A stretch of DNA of 64,000 bases from contig NIVC01000097.1 of the NCBI GenBank assembly GCA_002269645.1, positions 1,712 to 65,711 of the forward strand. The letters run 5' to 3'. This DNA comes from Macrostomum lignano. Lineage: Eukaryota. Of this stretch, positions 12,050-23,696 are shown piece by piece. A model generated the notes under the pieces. It was not told the origin of the DNA, searched no databases, and saw nothing but the letters and a program-made list of their open reading frames with translations. The position numbers and the translations under genes were made by a program. How positions within the stretch are numbered: position 1 is the stretch's first letter; the number at the start of each line of letters is the position of its first letter.

Positions 12050-14720
12050 CCCGTTAGGGAGCCAAAGAAATGCAACACACGTTTTTTTAATAAGCTACAT
12101 GTAGCCTTGAAATCTTGAAAAATCTCCTGTCAAACTTCTAACCCTAACCCTAACCCTAACCCTAACCCTAATCCTAACCCTAACCCTAAAGCATTGAAAT
12201 TTCAGTAATTCTCTCTAAGAGTCATTATAGCACTACAAAAGCATTATAGCGATTCCCTGCAAGCCTCGACATCGTAGGGATTCCCAAATGAATCTCTTAA
12301 CTACGACATGAAGCTTCTTTTATTTTTTACATTACGCTTTTTTTATCAGCGATCCCTCCCCTGAGGAGGCAACAAATAATGTAATAAAAAGTTTTAACTT
12401 CGGCATGAAGCTTCTTTTATTTTTTACATTATGCTTTTTCTATCAGCGAGCCCTGAGGAGCCAACAAATAATGTAATAAAAAGTTTTCAATAAACTACAT
12501 GTAGCTTCTGACTTTAGCCTTGAAATCTCATTTATACCCCCGTGAGCCTTGACATCTCAGCTATTCCCCCCGTAAGCCTTGACATGTCAGCGATGGCCCC
12601 CATAAACCTTGAAATCTAAAAAATCCCTTGTTAACCTTGAAACCCGATAAAATATAACCCTCAACCCACACCTGACCTAAACCTAACTTTAACCCAACCT
12701 AAAGCCTTGAAATCTCAGCAATTCTTCTCCCCTAAGCCTTGACATTTTAGTGATTCCTTCTTTAAGAATCACAGCACTATAGCGATTCCCTCCAAGCTTT
12801 GACATCGTAGCAATTCCCAAATGAATCTTTTAGCTTCGACATGACTTTTCTTTTATGTATTACATAGTGCTACTTTTGTTTTTTACATGACTCTTCTTCT
12901 ATCAGCGCCCCCCCCCGTGGCGAGCCAACAAAGAATGTAATAAAAAAATTGAGTAAAGTACATGAACTTTGAAGTAGCTTCTGACTTTTGCTTTGACATC
13001 TCAGAAGCCCCCCCGTAATCTCAGTTATTCTCTGTGAGCCTTTACGTCTCAGTTTTTCGCCCCAGCACAGCATTACTGCTGCATTTAACTTTTACATGCC
13101 ACCCTTCATGTCTGACATGACGCTTCTTTTATTCTACCATGATGCTTCTTAATTTTTTAAATGACACTTTCATTAGTTTTTAAATGACGCTTCTACGATT
13201 TTTTCATGACGCTTCTATGATTTTTTCATGACGCTTCTATGATTTTTTACATGACGCTTCTATGATTTTTTACATGACGCTTCTATTATTTTTTACATGA
13301 CGCTTCTATGATTGTTTACATGACGCTTCTATGATTGTTTATATGACGCTTCTATGCTTTTTACATGACGCTTCTATGATTGTTTATATGACGCTTCTAT
13401 GCTTTTTACATGACGCTTATCCTTTCAAGCACAAACTCTTAGAGCATATCGTCATTGGCCTGGGCATATTCTGGTCCGCAGCAGGAGCTCAATATGCCAA
13501 TCCCAGACGGCCTTTGACACCCCTCTTTATTAGCCTAACTCAAAGAATCAAACCTTTAATAAATACGCTGGTATTTCCTATCAGCAGAATTCAGCATCAC
13601 TTGTGTGTACTTTTCATTATCTGAATTAAATGAGCTACTTGAGCTGTACTACTTGAGGATCTGACAATCGCTCAACAACCTAACCCCCTGGAGGAGCTCC
13701 GTCTGCACATCTCACATCTTTAAATCTATGAAATGATCCTCCAGACCAGACAATATGATCTATATGTCTGGAGGAACTACCTTAGCAGTTTGCAGTTTGT
13801 CCCCTTTGCAGTCTGTGATGATCCTTTTGACAATCTGCAGTTCTTCTGTCGGCCGGCTCCTCAGTCTCCTGCTTAGCAAACTGCAATGATATTTTCAACA
13901 ATAAAAATTTGCTAACAGTTTAGTACGACTCATTAATCGATTTTCGATACATATCGGCAGTTTTTTGCACAAATCAGCATTAAGTAATACCTTCATTCCT
14001 AAATAGCAAGCATCCTCCAAAAGAAAGCAATCGCAGCATCTCCCCCCGTCAACCTTGTAATCTCAGCACTTCCCCCATAAGCCTTCGATTCTTCCAGTAA
14101 GCCATGGCATATCAGCAATTCCCCATGGGCCTTGAAATCTCAGAAATTGGCCCAAAAAGCCATGACATCTCAGCAATTCCTGAGATATGCCCACAACAAC
14201 CTGAAATTATCCCTTCTAATCCCACAAAACAGACTGCAGTCATTATCTTAGCAGCCTGGAGTTATCCCCTTGCAGTCTATAACTTTCATTAACATTAAGC
14301 ATTTATCTCCCCTCAGCAGCCTAGAACTGTCCCGTCAGCAAACCACAATAATCCACTCAGCAGTCCACAGTAATCCCCTAAACAACCTGCACTTAATCAC
14401 TTAAACTGTACAGTTTTGAAACTGATGTCTTGCTATCCTATCTTCTCTGAGAGTTGTCTTGCTCAGAAGTCTACCAATCCTCCAAGCAGCCCCCTCAGCA
14501 GTTTTCAGCTATAGGCTTATAAGTCTGGAGGAACTACCTCAGCAGTTTTCAGTTTGTCCCCTTTGCAGTCTGCAGTTCTCCTCTCGGCCGGCTCTTCAGT
14601 ATCCTCAGCAAAATGAAATAAAGGATCCTTTTAAGAATAAGATTTTTTCAGCATTTATTACGGTTCACTAATCAATTTTCGATACAAATCGGCAGTTTTT
14701 TTTCACAATTCAGCCTTCAT
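12050..14720. repeat. Modular internally duplicated repeat region, including a 22-23-bp minisatellite at 13180-13420
   Basis: Recurrent agccttga(a/c)atctcagc motif. Block 12210-12310 resembles 12750-12845. The atcagcg...caacaaataatgtaataaaaa block occurs three times. Block 13765-13980 resembles 14522-14710. Unit catgacgcttctatgatttttta occurs about 10 times. Confidence 0.7.
12138..12189 (-). repeat. Interstitial telomeric-type repeat (TTAGGG)n, about 8 units
   Basis: ctaaccctaaccctaacc... with one CCTAAT variant. Confidence 0.9.
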
Positions 14721-14960
14721 TTTAACAATAAATTTAGCAGCTTAGCAATTTGATACTTTCATGGAGCTAGGCAGTACCCATTGCTGCGATGAGTAATACG
14801 CGAAGCAGTTTTTTACAAATCAAATTTGCTTAGTAAATTTGAATTATTTTGTATGGCAAAACTTATTCATTAAGTGTGTCTTGCGAATTCAACAAAAATA
14901 TTTCTATTAGTTGAGCCCGAAGCTATATATAAATGAATAAATTAATTTAATTTTAATCAT

Positions 14961-15042
14961 CCGCCGAGGAGGCAGACTCGAACCTTGGACCTTACGCCTA
15001 GCCTAAACCTAGTCCTAGTGCGTACACTGCGGCTATTCCGCC
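14961..15042 (-). other. tRNA-derived (SINE-head-like) sequence, not a functional tRNA
   Basis: Minus strand reads GGCGGAATAGCCGCAGTG (A-box-like)...GGTTCGAGTC (B-box). No complete acceptor stem. Confidence 0.4.
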
Positions 15043-17397
15043 TACTGATGGGAGGACGCAAAAATCAGCCATATATGCTTCGGCACTGCAGTCAAATACA
15101 TAGCAGTGATAGGCTGCTCAGTGTGCACAGGTTGTGTGCAGGCAGAGCCAATGCACAGTTGAGTGAAATCTATAAATAGCAATTGTCTATGCAGTCCGCC
15201 AGTCAGCCAGGGTCAGAATGTACACACACAGCCACTGAGCATTTCCTCTCACTTATTGCAACCTTTGGAATTGAGGCGTACACAGTGAACAGAGAAAAGT
15301 TGTGGCGCAATCTTAATTGGAATTGAAATTCAGTTAGTGAGATTTTGACCTTTTTAGCTTTCCATTGAAAGCATTAGGAAAACTCGTTTTTAGAATATTT
15401 AACCAACTTCCCATTCGAATTTTCAATGCAGTTTCACCCACACAATCTCACAAGAATTTTGAGTTGAATAAAGCAAGTTTGAAAAAAATCGGTTCAGGCA
15501 TTCAGGCTGTGGACTGGAATACCGGTCAGACAGACAAACGGACAGATCTTAGAGATTTAGTATATTGTGATGACTGGCCCTCGCGTTATTAACTTTTTTC
15601 GCTGAATTTGAAAATTTTCTAAGTTAGCTGAGACTTCAAGTGATCACAGAAAAAGTTAGAAGTTCTGTGTGGTCAAACGATTCGTGTGATTTGGTCTTTC
15701 ATTTTATTGCAGTGTGAATGAGCCTTAACTCTCAGTAGTTATTATAAGACGCTACGCTTTACAATGTTTCACACATTCTAATCTAGGTCCGAGTGTTGCC
15801 TTGGATGGCTACAGAAAAAAGATTAGAAATTTCAGGTAAAAATTTGAGTAGAACTCCTCCAAAACAGAATCAAAATTAACAAACTAACCTATAGGATTTA
15901 AAAGAGCCCTAGCAAAAAAGGATCCGTTAACTTACAGCTAAATTTGAGTCCGAGTAACCTATGTACACAGATGATCTGCCATTCTGTTCTCAGTGACGCC
16001 AGGAAGCTTGGTGTGGCAAAAGACGCGACTAAACGTGGACGTGGGATAGGGCCAACAAGCAAGGGGAAAAGCAGGGACTATTATGTCAACTTAAGCTAAG
16101 TGACCTTAGCGTTTGCTAGAAAGCAATTTGACTATACTCATATTACTGTATGTTTTTTAATCTCACGGTTGTTAAAGGGCGACGAGCACAATTTCGGCTG
16201 GATCTGTTTGGAATGGATTGTCCGGGTAGCAAAATGCGCGTGTCATCTATTCTGCTCCAGCCGCTCTCAGTCTAACGCCGCAGGTATAGCGACCTTCGCG
16301 TATGTTAGTGCCTGATGGGAGACTGCAAAACCGGAAACCTATGCTAAGTAGTATCGTCGCAGTCTTTGTTGAGCTGGATGCGGTTCGCAATCTTTTGACC
16401 GTTCCATAGTGTGCGATCGAAGTTCAGCAGAGTCATGCGGCCAGGCAGCACAAGCACAAGGACCACTAGGAACACTTTGTAATATAATGACGCTACATTC
16501 CTCGTTACATATCCAGAACTGAGATGCCTAGGTCAGCTACTGCAGCATCCACAGGTGACTGAGGTGACAGACCAGCTAATTCTAATGCTTCCTAAACTTG
16601 ATTTTGATGTTAAGAGGGACAGGGTTTGTCAGCATATACATGTACCCAACACTGCTTATGAACCACTATTTTACTATGCTAAATTTGTTAAAAGAATTTT
16701 ATACATTTATACAAGCATTTTTGCTTGGTTTTGTGATTTAGTTTTCCCTTTTCTTTGTTCTATATTGTTTTATCACTTTGCAACACTGTTCGATCGACAA
16801 TTAAAATTTGCTCAATATAGTTATTAACAACTCCTCAATTTTGTGGCGGACAGACTGCTTATTATAAGTTTAGCTATAAGCAAATAAACTCGATACAAGT
16901 TTGCTTGCTTGCTAAATTCTACTACCACTCACAAGCCCTTCAATTTACAGATTATAGAGAACAGAATGTTAAAACAAGAGTACATTGAAGCGATTCGAGC
17001 GTATTGGAGAAAATGAATTTTAAGTTGACATAAGAGCCGCTAATTATCCCATTGCTTGTTCACCCCCTATCCAAATTCCAAATTAGTGCAAAGATTCAAA
17101 TCAATTCATGATGTATTGCAAAGAAGCTGGTTAGACTTGGTTAGAATAATTCTATCAAAAGCGATGTAATTTAAAATTCCTCTCAACCAGCTCTTGTACT
17201 TGCTCAGACGCCCCGTGTACAGTTACAGTGAGACGCATTTCAGTAACACAGAAAGGAGCTTTTGCCAAAGACAAACGAAGCAAAGGCTTCAATATAGGCA
17301 CGTAAATCAAAAGGATCAGCTTAAGCGATACTTCGTACCGTTTTAGCGGTGAAACGAAAGCGTAGCTTACACTTGAATAATCGGCTCACAAATCAAA

Positions 17398-17966
17398 ATG
17401 CACTCGAACACTTATCCAAGATGCTGGAAGGTTCTGTCTGCCATCGCTCTCCTAATACTGGTGCATCAGATTGAGCTCAGCTGCTCGACAAGCCCCTGCA
17501 TTACTCAGCTCGACTTGGTGGTCGCAGTGGACACATCGTCTTCATGCTCTCAAAAGCAGTTCGACAGGCTGCTCTCAGAGGTGAAGGCCTTGGTCTCTAA
17601 ATTTCCAATCGGTCCGACAAAAACTCGACTGGCTCTGATCGGCATGTCGCAGACTGCGCAGGTTCTCGCCAACTTCGACGACGTGACGTCTCTGTCGGAC
17701 TTTAACTCTGCGGTCGACAGGCTGACGATGAGTTCCGAACGAGCCGAAATCTCGAAGGGCATCAAGCTGGCTCGGGAGTCCGTGCTCAACAAGGCCAGGG
17801 CTGCTCCGACTCCAAGACTCTTAGCTCTGGTAAAGGACAGGCAGTGCGCTGAGAGAATAACGGGATCGAGCGACGCGGAACTGGCTTCGATTGAGTCGGA
17901 AGTCGCAGCCGCGCGGTCGATGGAAAGCGCAGTGCACGCAGTCGGAATCGGCGGGTTGTGGAACAG
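17398..17966 (+). CDS. vWA secreted protein paralog 2, exon 1: signal peptide + vWA domain 1
   Basis: ATG; hydrophobic VLSAIALLILV; DLVVAVDTSSS (DxSxS); donor AG|GTGAGA at 17967 (phase 2). Confidence 0.88.
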
Positions 17967-18274
17967 GTGAGACTGAGACGAATTTTTTTCGCGACTTTGC
18001 TTGAAAATCGTGTTTTAATGAGATTAGCTACACTTGCTCGTAGTATTTTTATAGTTTTCATACAGGTCACAATCTAACTGTAGCAGCCGTTGAATATGGT
18101 ACCCAATACGTCATTTTCCAACCTGGAATGGGTGACAATTATGTTGGTTTGCAAGCGCAAGCTTGAATATCATCGTAAAAAAACATGAGGCGATGCTTTG
18201 AGATTCTTTATTAGAAGTCGCAAATGCCACGCGTTCAACACTGCTTAGCGTTTGACCTCGACTTGTATTTTCAG

Positions 18275-18528
18275 TAAGGAGCTGAAGGCCGTCTTTGGAA
18301 CCAACTTCCTGCTTTTCAAGAACACGAACAAGGCTATGGAGTCCATCAAGTCTTTAAATTATAAAATGTGTCTTCCAACAACCTGCAAACACTCGGGACG
18401 GACAAATAAGAGAGAAGCCTGCATTGGATGGGGGCTTCAAGAATTTACGTTCAATGTTGCTGCCGCTCTCACTTCGTCTGGCATGGGAGTCTGCAGACAG
18501 CAGATCGAGAGGTCATTAGTGGAGTGTG
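18275..18528 (+). CDS. vWA paralog 2, exon 2 (end of vWA1 + 4-Cys module)
   Basis: tttcag| acceptor, phase 2 joins in frame to KELKAVFGTNFLL; donor G|GTGAGT. Same length (254 nt) as the paralog 3 exon. Confidence 0.85.
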
Positions 18529-19851
18529 GTGAGTTGGGAAAACTAAAATCTCGATTATTAGAATGCGCATTTTTGTTGGGCAAAAGTGAGATCGACATAG
18601 TCAAAATTCAGCGTGTGACTAAAGAAGTGAGTTGGATTTAGTCCCGTATCGATGTGCCATAGACAATGGATTTGATTTATAGTCAGTTTGAAAGTTGAGA
18701 AATAATGGAAATAGGAAAGTTTAGCCAACGTTGCTTGGATTTAGTCAGAGGAAAATGAAGCTACAGATGCGTAGAATGTAGAATATGTATATGTAGAACA
18801 CAATAATGAAAAACAAGCATATAAAAAACAAGCAGAATGGATATGCAACGAGAGCTGCGGGCTCCATTGCAAATTCAGCGAACAGCTTGCGAGTCATGCC
18901 TCCTCGCACAAAAGGCATGTGCATAAGACCACGTGTTGGGCTTGCAGCCAAACAAATCGACCACGTTGTCTTGTACCTGTACAGAGCGCGTTCCTTCAGG
19001 CGCACGGCCTTGTATTCCAGCTGGCCATTTGTTGCAGCCCATTTTGTCGCAGAACACCAGGAGCTTACCGAATCCTTCCATCAATAGCCTTTCAGCGAGC
19101 TGCCACTGATCCAGTTTAATACGGTTTTTGTTCCATGAATTTGGAATTTTAAGTAGAAGCTTCAACATTATGAGATGTCCATCCAAAGCTCGGCTAATGG
19201 TCTGTATTTCATTGAGAAATTGCCGCATGTCATCAGGTACATCAGCGATAAATTGTATGAGGGCATCGGTTTTGTCGTCGCGCTTTAAAGCCTGAATTTA
19301 AAACTCTTCATAGTTCACGATGACGTTCCTGGCCGATCGACGTAGTATATTCAATTGCCTTGCGAGCTGGAGCTAGTCTACGTTGCTAACAAACGAATTC
19401 ACAGCCTTTCACAAGTCTTCAAAATGGCAAATCATCTCTGCCCGTTCGCAACTGCCATGAACTTTATTAATTTCACTTTGGATTAGATCTAACCAAGGAG
19501 TTCTATAATTAGCAATCTGGAGTGGAAACAAGTTTTTCATTTTACCTCAGGAGGCCAGACTAGCACAGGCAGAGTCAGACAGAGTCATGGACATTCACTG
19601 CTAGATCCTTATCTTAACAATATGCGTGGCCTCGTGAGGTAAAACTCGTTTTCATTAGATTGCTAATTAGATGTCTTCTTGATCTAACTTACAAAGCGAG
19701 CAGACAAAGTCTGCGGACTAAATATATTTCAATAGTGGACCGCAGTAGTCTATATTCAATCAATTTAGGACTAAATCCCACCCCCTACCTTCTCTCGGTC
19801 AACGCTGCACTTCGACTGTCTATCTTCTTTTGCCCTGCTAAAATTTATAAG

Positions 19852-19968
19852 GTCCAACTGAATCAAAGGGCGAGAAGACCTGCTACAAAATGGAGCGAAG
19901 CATCGGCTCATGCCAAGATGACGGCAATTTGAACATCATGGAGACACTGCAGTTCTTCGAGTCAGTCA
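19852..19968 (+). CDS. vWA paralog 2, exon 3 (4-Cys module), 3' end replaced by (GTCA)n; end coordinate is the first in-phase GTCAGT donor
   Basis: Acceptor tttataag|. Translation GPTESKGEKTCYKMERSIGSCQDDGNLNIMETLQFF aligns to paralog 3 exon 34024-33878. Homology stops where the array starts at 19961. Confidence 0.6.
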
Positions 19969-21116
19969 GTCAGTCAGTCAGTCAGTCAGTCAGTCAGTCA
20001 GTCAGTCAGTCAGTCAGTCAGTCAGTCAGTCAGTCAGTCAGTCAGTCAGTCAGTCAGTCAGTCAGTCAGTCAGTCAGTCAGTCAGTCAGTCAGTCAGTCA
20101 GTCAGTCAGTCAGTCAGTCAGTCAGTCAGTCAGTCAGTCAGTCAGTCAGTCAGTCAGTCAGTCAGTCAGTCAGTCAGTCAGTCAGTCAGTCAGTCAGTCA
20201 GTCAGTCAGTCAGTCAGTCAGTCAGTCAGTCAGTCAGTCAGTCAGTCAGTCAGTCAGTCAGTCAGTCAGTCAGTCAGTCAGTCAGTCAGTCAGTCAGTCA
20301 GTCAGTCAGTCAGTCAGTCAGTCAGTCAGTCAGTCAGTCAGTCAGTCAGTCAGTCAGTCAGTCAGTCAGTCAGTCAGTCAGTCAGTCAGTCAGTCAGTCA
20401 GTCAGTCAGTCAGTCAGTCAGTCAGTCAGTCAGTCAGTCAGTCAGTCAGTCAGTCAGTCAGTCAGTCAGTCAGTCAGTCAGTCAGTCAGTCAGTCAGTCA
20501 GTCAGTCAGTCAGTCAGTCAGTCAGTCAGTCAGTCAGTCAGTCAGTCAGTCAGTCAGTCAGTCAGTCAGTCAGTCAGTCAGTCAGTCAGTCAGTCAGTCA
20601 GTCAGTCAGTCAGTCAGTCAGTCAGTCAGTCAGTCAGTCAGTCAGTCAGTCAGTCAGTCAGTCAGTCAGTCAGTCAGTCAGTCAGTCAGTCAGTCAGTCA
20701 GTCAGTCAGTCAGTCAGTCAGCCACTCACTCACTCAAGTCAGTCAGTCAGTCAGTCAGTCAGTCAGTCAGTCAGTCAGTCAGTCAGTCAGTCAGTCAGTC
20801 AGTCAGTCAGTCAGTCAGTCAGTCAGTCAGTCAGTCAGTCAGTCAGTCAGTCAGTCAGTCAGTCAGTCAGTCACTCAAGTCAGTCAGTCAGTCAGTCAGT
20901 CAGTCAGTCAGTCAGTCAGTCAGTCAGTCAGTCAGTCAGTCAGTCAGTCAGTCAGTCAGTCAGTCAGTCAGTCAGTCAGTCAGTCAGTCAGTCAGTCAGT
21001 CAGTCAGTCAGTCAGTCAGTCAGTCAGTCAGTCAGCCACTCACTCACTCAAGTCAGTCAGTCAGTCAGTCAGTCAGTCAGTCAGTCAGTCAGTCAGTCAG
21101 TCAGTCAGTCAGCCAG
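19961..21116 (+). repeat. Giant (GTCA)n microsatellite, ~1.15 kb
   Basis: Near-perfect array with ccactcactcactcaa interruptions. Confidence 0.98.
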
Positions 21117-21136
21117 CAAGCATGTCTATTTTTCAG

Positions 21137-21617
21137 CCGAAGCAAGAGTCTGCAGAGACCAAGTCGCAGATGTGATAATACTGCTGGATAAATCCGGTTC
21201 ACTTGAGAAGGAATACTCCATGCTTTCGGAGTCTGCGAATATATTAATTAATCCGCTTCAGATAGGAAAGAAAAGCATTCAACTCGGAGTTTATTCTTTC
21301 AATGAAGATTTTTTTACAATAGTGGAATTTGGGGATGAGTTTAATAAAAAGAAAATTCAGGAAAAAGTTAAACGCGAGAAAAAGAAATCTGGACATTCGG
21401 GCACGCATACCCACCAGGCGATTGACAAAATCAGAAATATTCTGCAATCGAAAGGCCGACCAAACGTCTTAAAAGCTGTTATTATCATCACGGATGGAGG
21501 GAGCGGGGATGAAACCGCGACGTGGAAGGCAGCGACGAATATCAAAAAGGTCGGCGTCACGCTGTATGCGGTAGGAGTCGAGGGAAAACGTGACATCGGC
21601 ACGCGTGCCATAAATAA
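21137..21617 (+). CDS. vWA paralog 2, exon 4: vWA domain 2 (MIDAS DKSGS...T...TDG)
   Basis: ttttcag| phase 1 gives EARVCRDQVADVIILLDKSGS; KAVIIITDG; GVTLYAVGV; donor AA|GTAAGT. Confidence 0.88.
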
Positions 21618-22100
21618 GTAAGTCTTTTTACACTGATTTCAAACTACTGCTCCATGTTTTGCTGAGCAGGGAGTTTACAGCAGTGGTAGTTTGGCCAATG
21701 CAAACATTGGCACCAAGAGCTGCCGGTTTTAGGTGATGTTTAGGGAAATTTATAAAAATCAATTCTGCAATATTCAGTTTAGGATACCTCTGATGATATG
21801 CTCAAAATGTTTTGATATTTTTTTGGTTCATCATTGTTTCATACAAGATGGTTTACAGTTATTTTACCGAAGGAAACAATTGAAAGCTGTATTAATGCTG
21901 GCAGGCTCTTTAAATGGGTTTATATTTTGCTTGCATCAAAACAGCGCGCCTCTTAAAAGTTAAGGCAGTACAGTTACTCGTCATATGGGTGGAAAGCGTC
22001 TTTGGTAGTGTTTCTTGAGTTTAGTCATGCACTGGATTTAAGATTCAAAAGTACATACTGTGCTTATATCTCGTGGTAACAACACATCTTGCAACAACAG

Positions 22101-22378
22101 GGACGAGCTGGAGATGATGACGGCGCCAGAGTCAGATAAAAACGTTTTCATTTTGGATGATATTAAGAAGATGAAGCATTGGGCTAAAAACTTCTCAGAG
22201 CGGCTCTGCATGGAGTTGGAACCGCCGAGCCCAAAGTTGTGCGACGCTGATGTTGAGATCAAGTCCCTCAAATCGAACTGTAGGGTTGAAAAAATTCAAA
22301 CCGCTACGGTAAACTTCAAGTACGACACAGCTAAAAAGTGCATCAAGCATTTTAGAGCCGAGATACTTGAAGGTTGCA
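22101..22378 (+). CDS. vWA paralog 2, exon 5 (end of vWA2 + 4-Cys module)
   Basis: caacag| phase 2 gives DELEMMTAPESDKNVF...; donor A|GTAAGT. Homologous to 30980-30706. Confidence 0.85.
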
Positions 22379-22576
22379 GTAAGTTGCTCAGGAATTGCTT
22401 AAGTTTGCTCAAGAGTTTTTTTCATCTTCGCATGAAAATTCCGAAGAACGAGTCTCGCTTAGAAGACATAGCAGCCTCAAATAACAGTGGTCATAAACTG
22501 CTAGAAAATAATTCTTAAACATTGAGTGCACCATGCTCAGCCATTTAAACACTTGAACGCCAAACCAAACTTGTAG

Positions 22577-22726
22577 AGACCATCTGCGTCGACCCGATTG
22601 ACGGCAGCGACCACCTGGAAGGCGAGACTTGGACGAACATGTGCCACGAGTTTCGCTGCCTTTCCCGCAAAACAATCCTGCCAACAACACAAAAACAACA
22701 GAGTACGCTGCCAACCACTGTTAAGA
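22577..22726 (+). CDS. vWA paralog 2, exon 6 (vWC-like start + Thr/Gln-rich linker)
   Basis: ttgtag| phase 1 gives KTICVDPIDGSDHLEGETWTNMCHEFRC; donor A|GTAAGT. Confidence 0.8.
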
Positions 22727-22747
22727 GTAAGTCTGGGACCGCTTTTC

Positions 22748-23030
22748 TTCAGTCACTGCATGTGTGCATGTCTGCCAGCCCTCCCTCAGTCACTGCATGT
22801 GTGCCAGCCCTCCCTCAGTCACTGCATGTGTGCCAGCCCTCCCTCAGTCACTGCATGTCTGCCAGCCCTCCCTCAGTCACTGCATGTCTGCCAGCCCTCC
22901 CTCAGTCACTGCATGTGTGCCAGCCCTCCCTCAGTCACTGCATGTCTGCCAGCCCTCCCTCAGTCACTGCATGTCTGTCAGGCCTCCCTCAGTCACTGCA
23001 TGTCTGCCAGCCCTCCCTCAGTCACTGCAC
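22748..23030 (+). repeat. 29-bp intronic minisatellite (cagtcactgcatgtctgccagccctccct)
   Basis: About 10 units. The same unit occurs at 29820-30205 in inverted orientation. Confidence 0.95.
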
Positions 23031-23065
23031 CCGGCCAGCTCCGCAACAATCCAGTTGCTAGGCAG

Positions 23066-23229
23066 TCCACCACTCGCCCATTCCAGAATGCGTGGCTGCC
23101 GACTTCAGCTGCAAGCCGATTGGCGCGGCGCCGTTTCGCTGCAGAAACATCGACGGCGAGGAGAGAGAAAACTGCCAGTGCATCGACAAGGACGGCGAGG
23201 CCGTGCTGGTGGTCGACAACCCCAACTGA
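23066..23229 (+). CDS. vWA paralog 2, terminal exon 7 (Cys-rich C-terminus)
   Basis: ggcag| phase 1 gives HHSPIPECVAADFSCKPIGAAPFRCRNIDGEERENCQCIDKDGEAVLVVDNPN*. The acceptor was chosen by phase and has a weak pyrimidine tract. Confidence 0.7.
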
Positions 23230-23696
23230 CAGGCCGGGATCACGGCTCTTCAGCCAAGCTTTGTAGGAGAGCTTTGACTTAAAGAACGGATTTAGGCGAC
23301 CAAATTTGGCGGTGCTGATTTCTTCAGTGTATTTATTAGCGATTTCTTTGATTTTGTAGCTGAACTTCTTTTAGGATGAGCGATGCAGAAAATCAGCTCT
23401 TCATGATTTGGCGAGTTAAGAGAACCTTTACTTTAATTGATTACTTTGATCGATAATTAGTCTGCAAAACTACTCGTAGTAGGTCTCAAAGCTTATGCTG
23501 CAATCAGTTTAGTGTATTGAACTTTATTTTAAGTGTCCCGAAAATATATATGCCTTTAAGTAGCTTAAATACAATGCATGCATCTAGGCAGCTATAAACA
23601 CCAAAAAAACAATTTTTATGTTTTACGAGTACTAAATTTTATGCTCTGATTTCTGTGATGGAATTGAGGAGCTCAAATTCCATTGGATGCGCTGGT

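Larger units (their letters stand above)
9991..15725. mobile_element. Candidate 5.7-kb PIF/Harbinger-like composite element (TIR AGGC[C/T]CATTCACAC, TAA TSD), no transposase seen
   Basis: TAA|AGGCCCATTCACAC at 9988-10004 and GTGTGAATGAGCCT|TAA at 15712-15728. The left and right subterminal sequences match the left and right ends of the 7547 MITE. Confidence 0.45.

Noticed and set aside
12138-12189. True chromosome end
   Set aside because: Only about 8 units, internal, and flanked by dispersed repeat sequence.
16100-16600. Possible LINE RT relic on the minus strand; similarly a hAT-like relic at 18750-19300
   Set aside because: Motif resemblance is too weak and inconsistent in order to support by eye.
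19890-21191. 433-aa SVSQ-repeat ORF (and 33161-33868) as an independent gene
   Set aside because: Translation of (GTCA)n. Only the N-terminal ~24 aa belong to a real exon.
23040-23066. Stop-codon readthrough at TGC TAG GCA in both paralogs
   Set aside because: A phase-compatible acceptor (ggcag|) five bases downstream explains the frame more simply.
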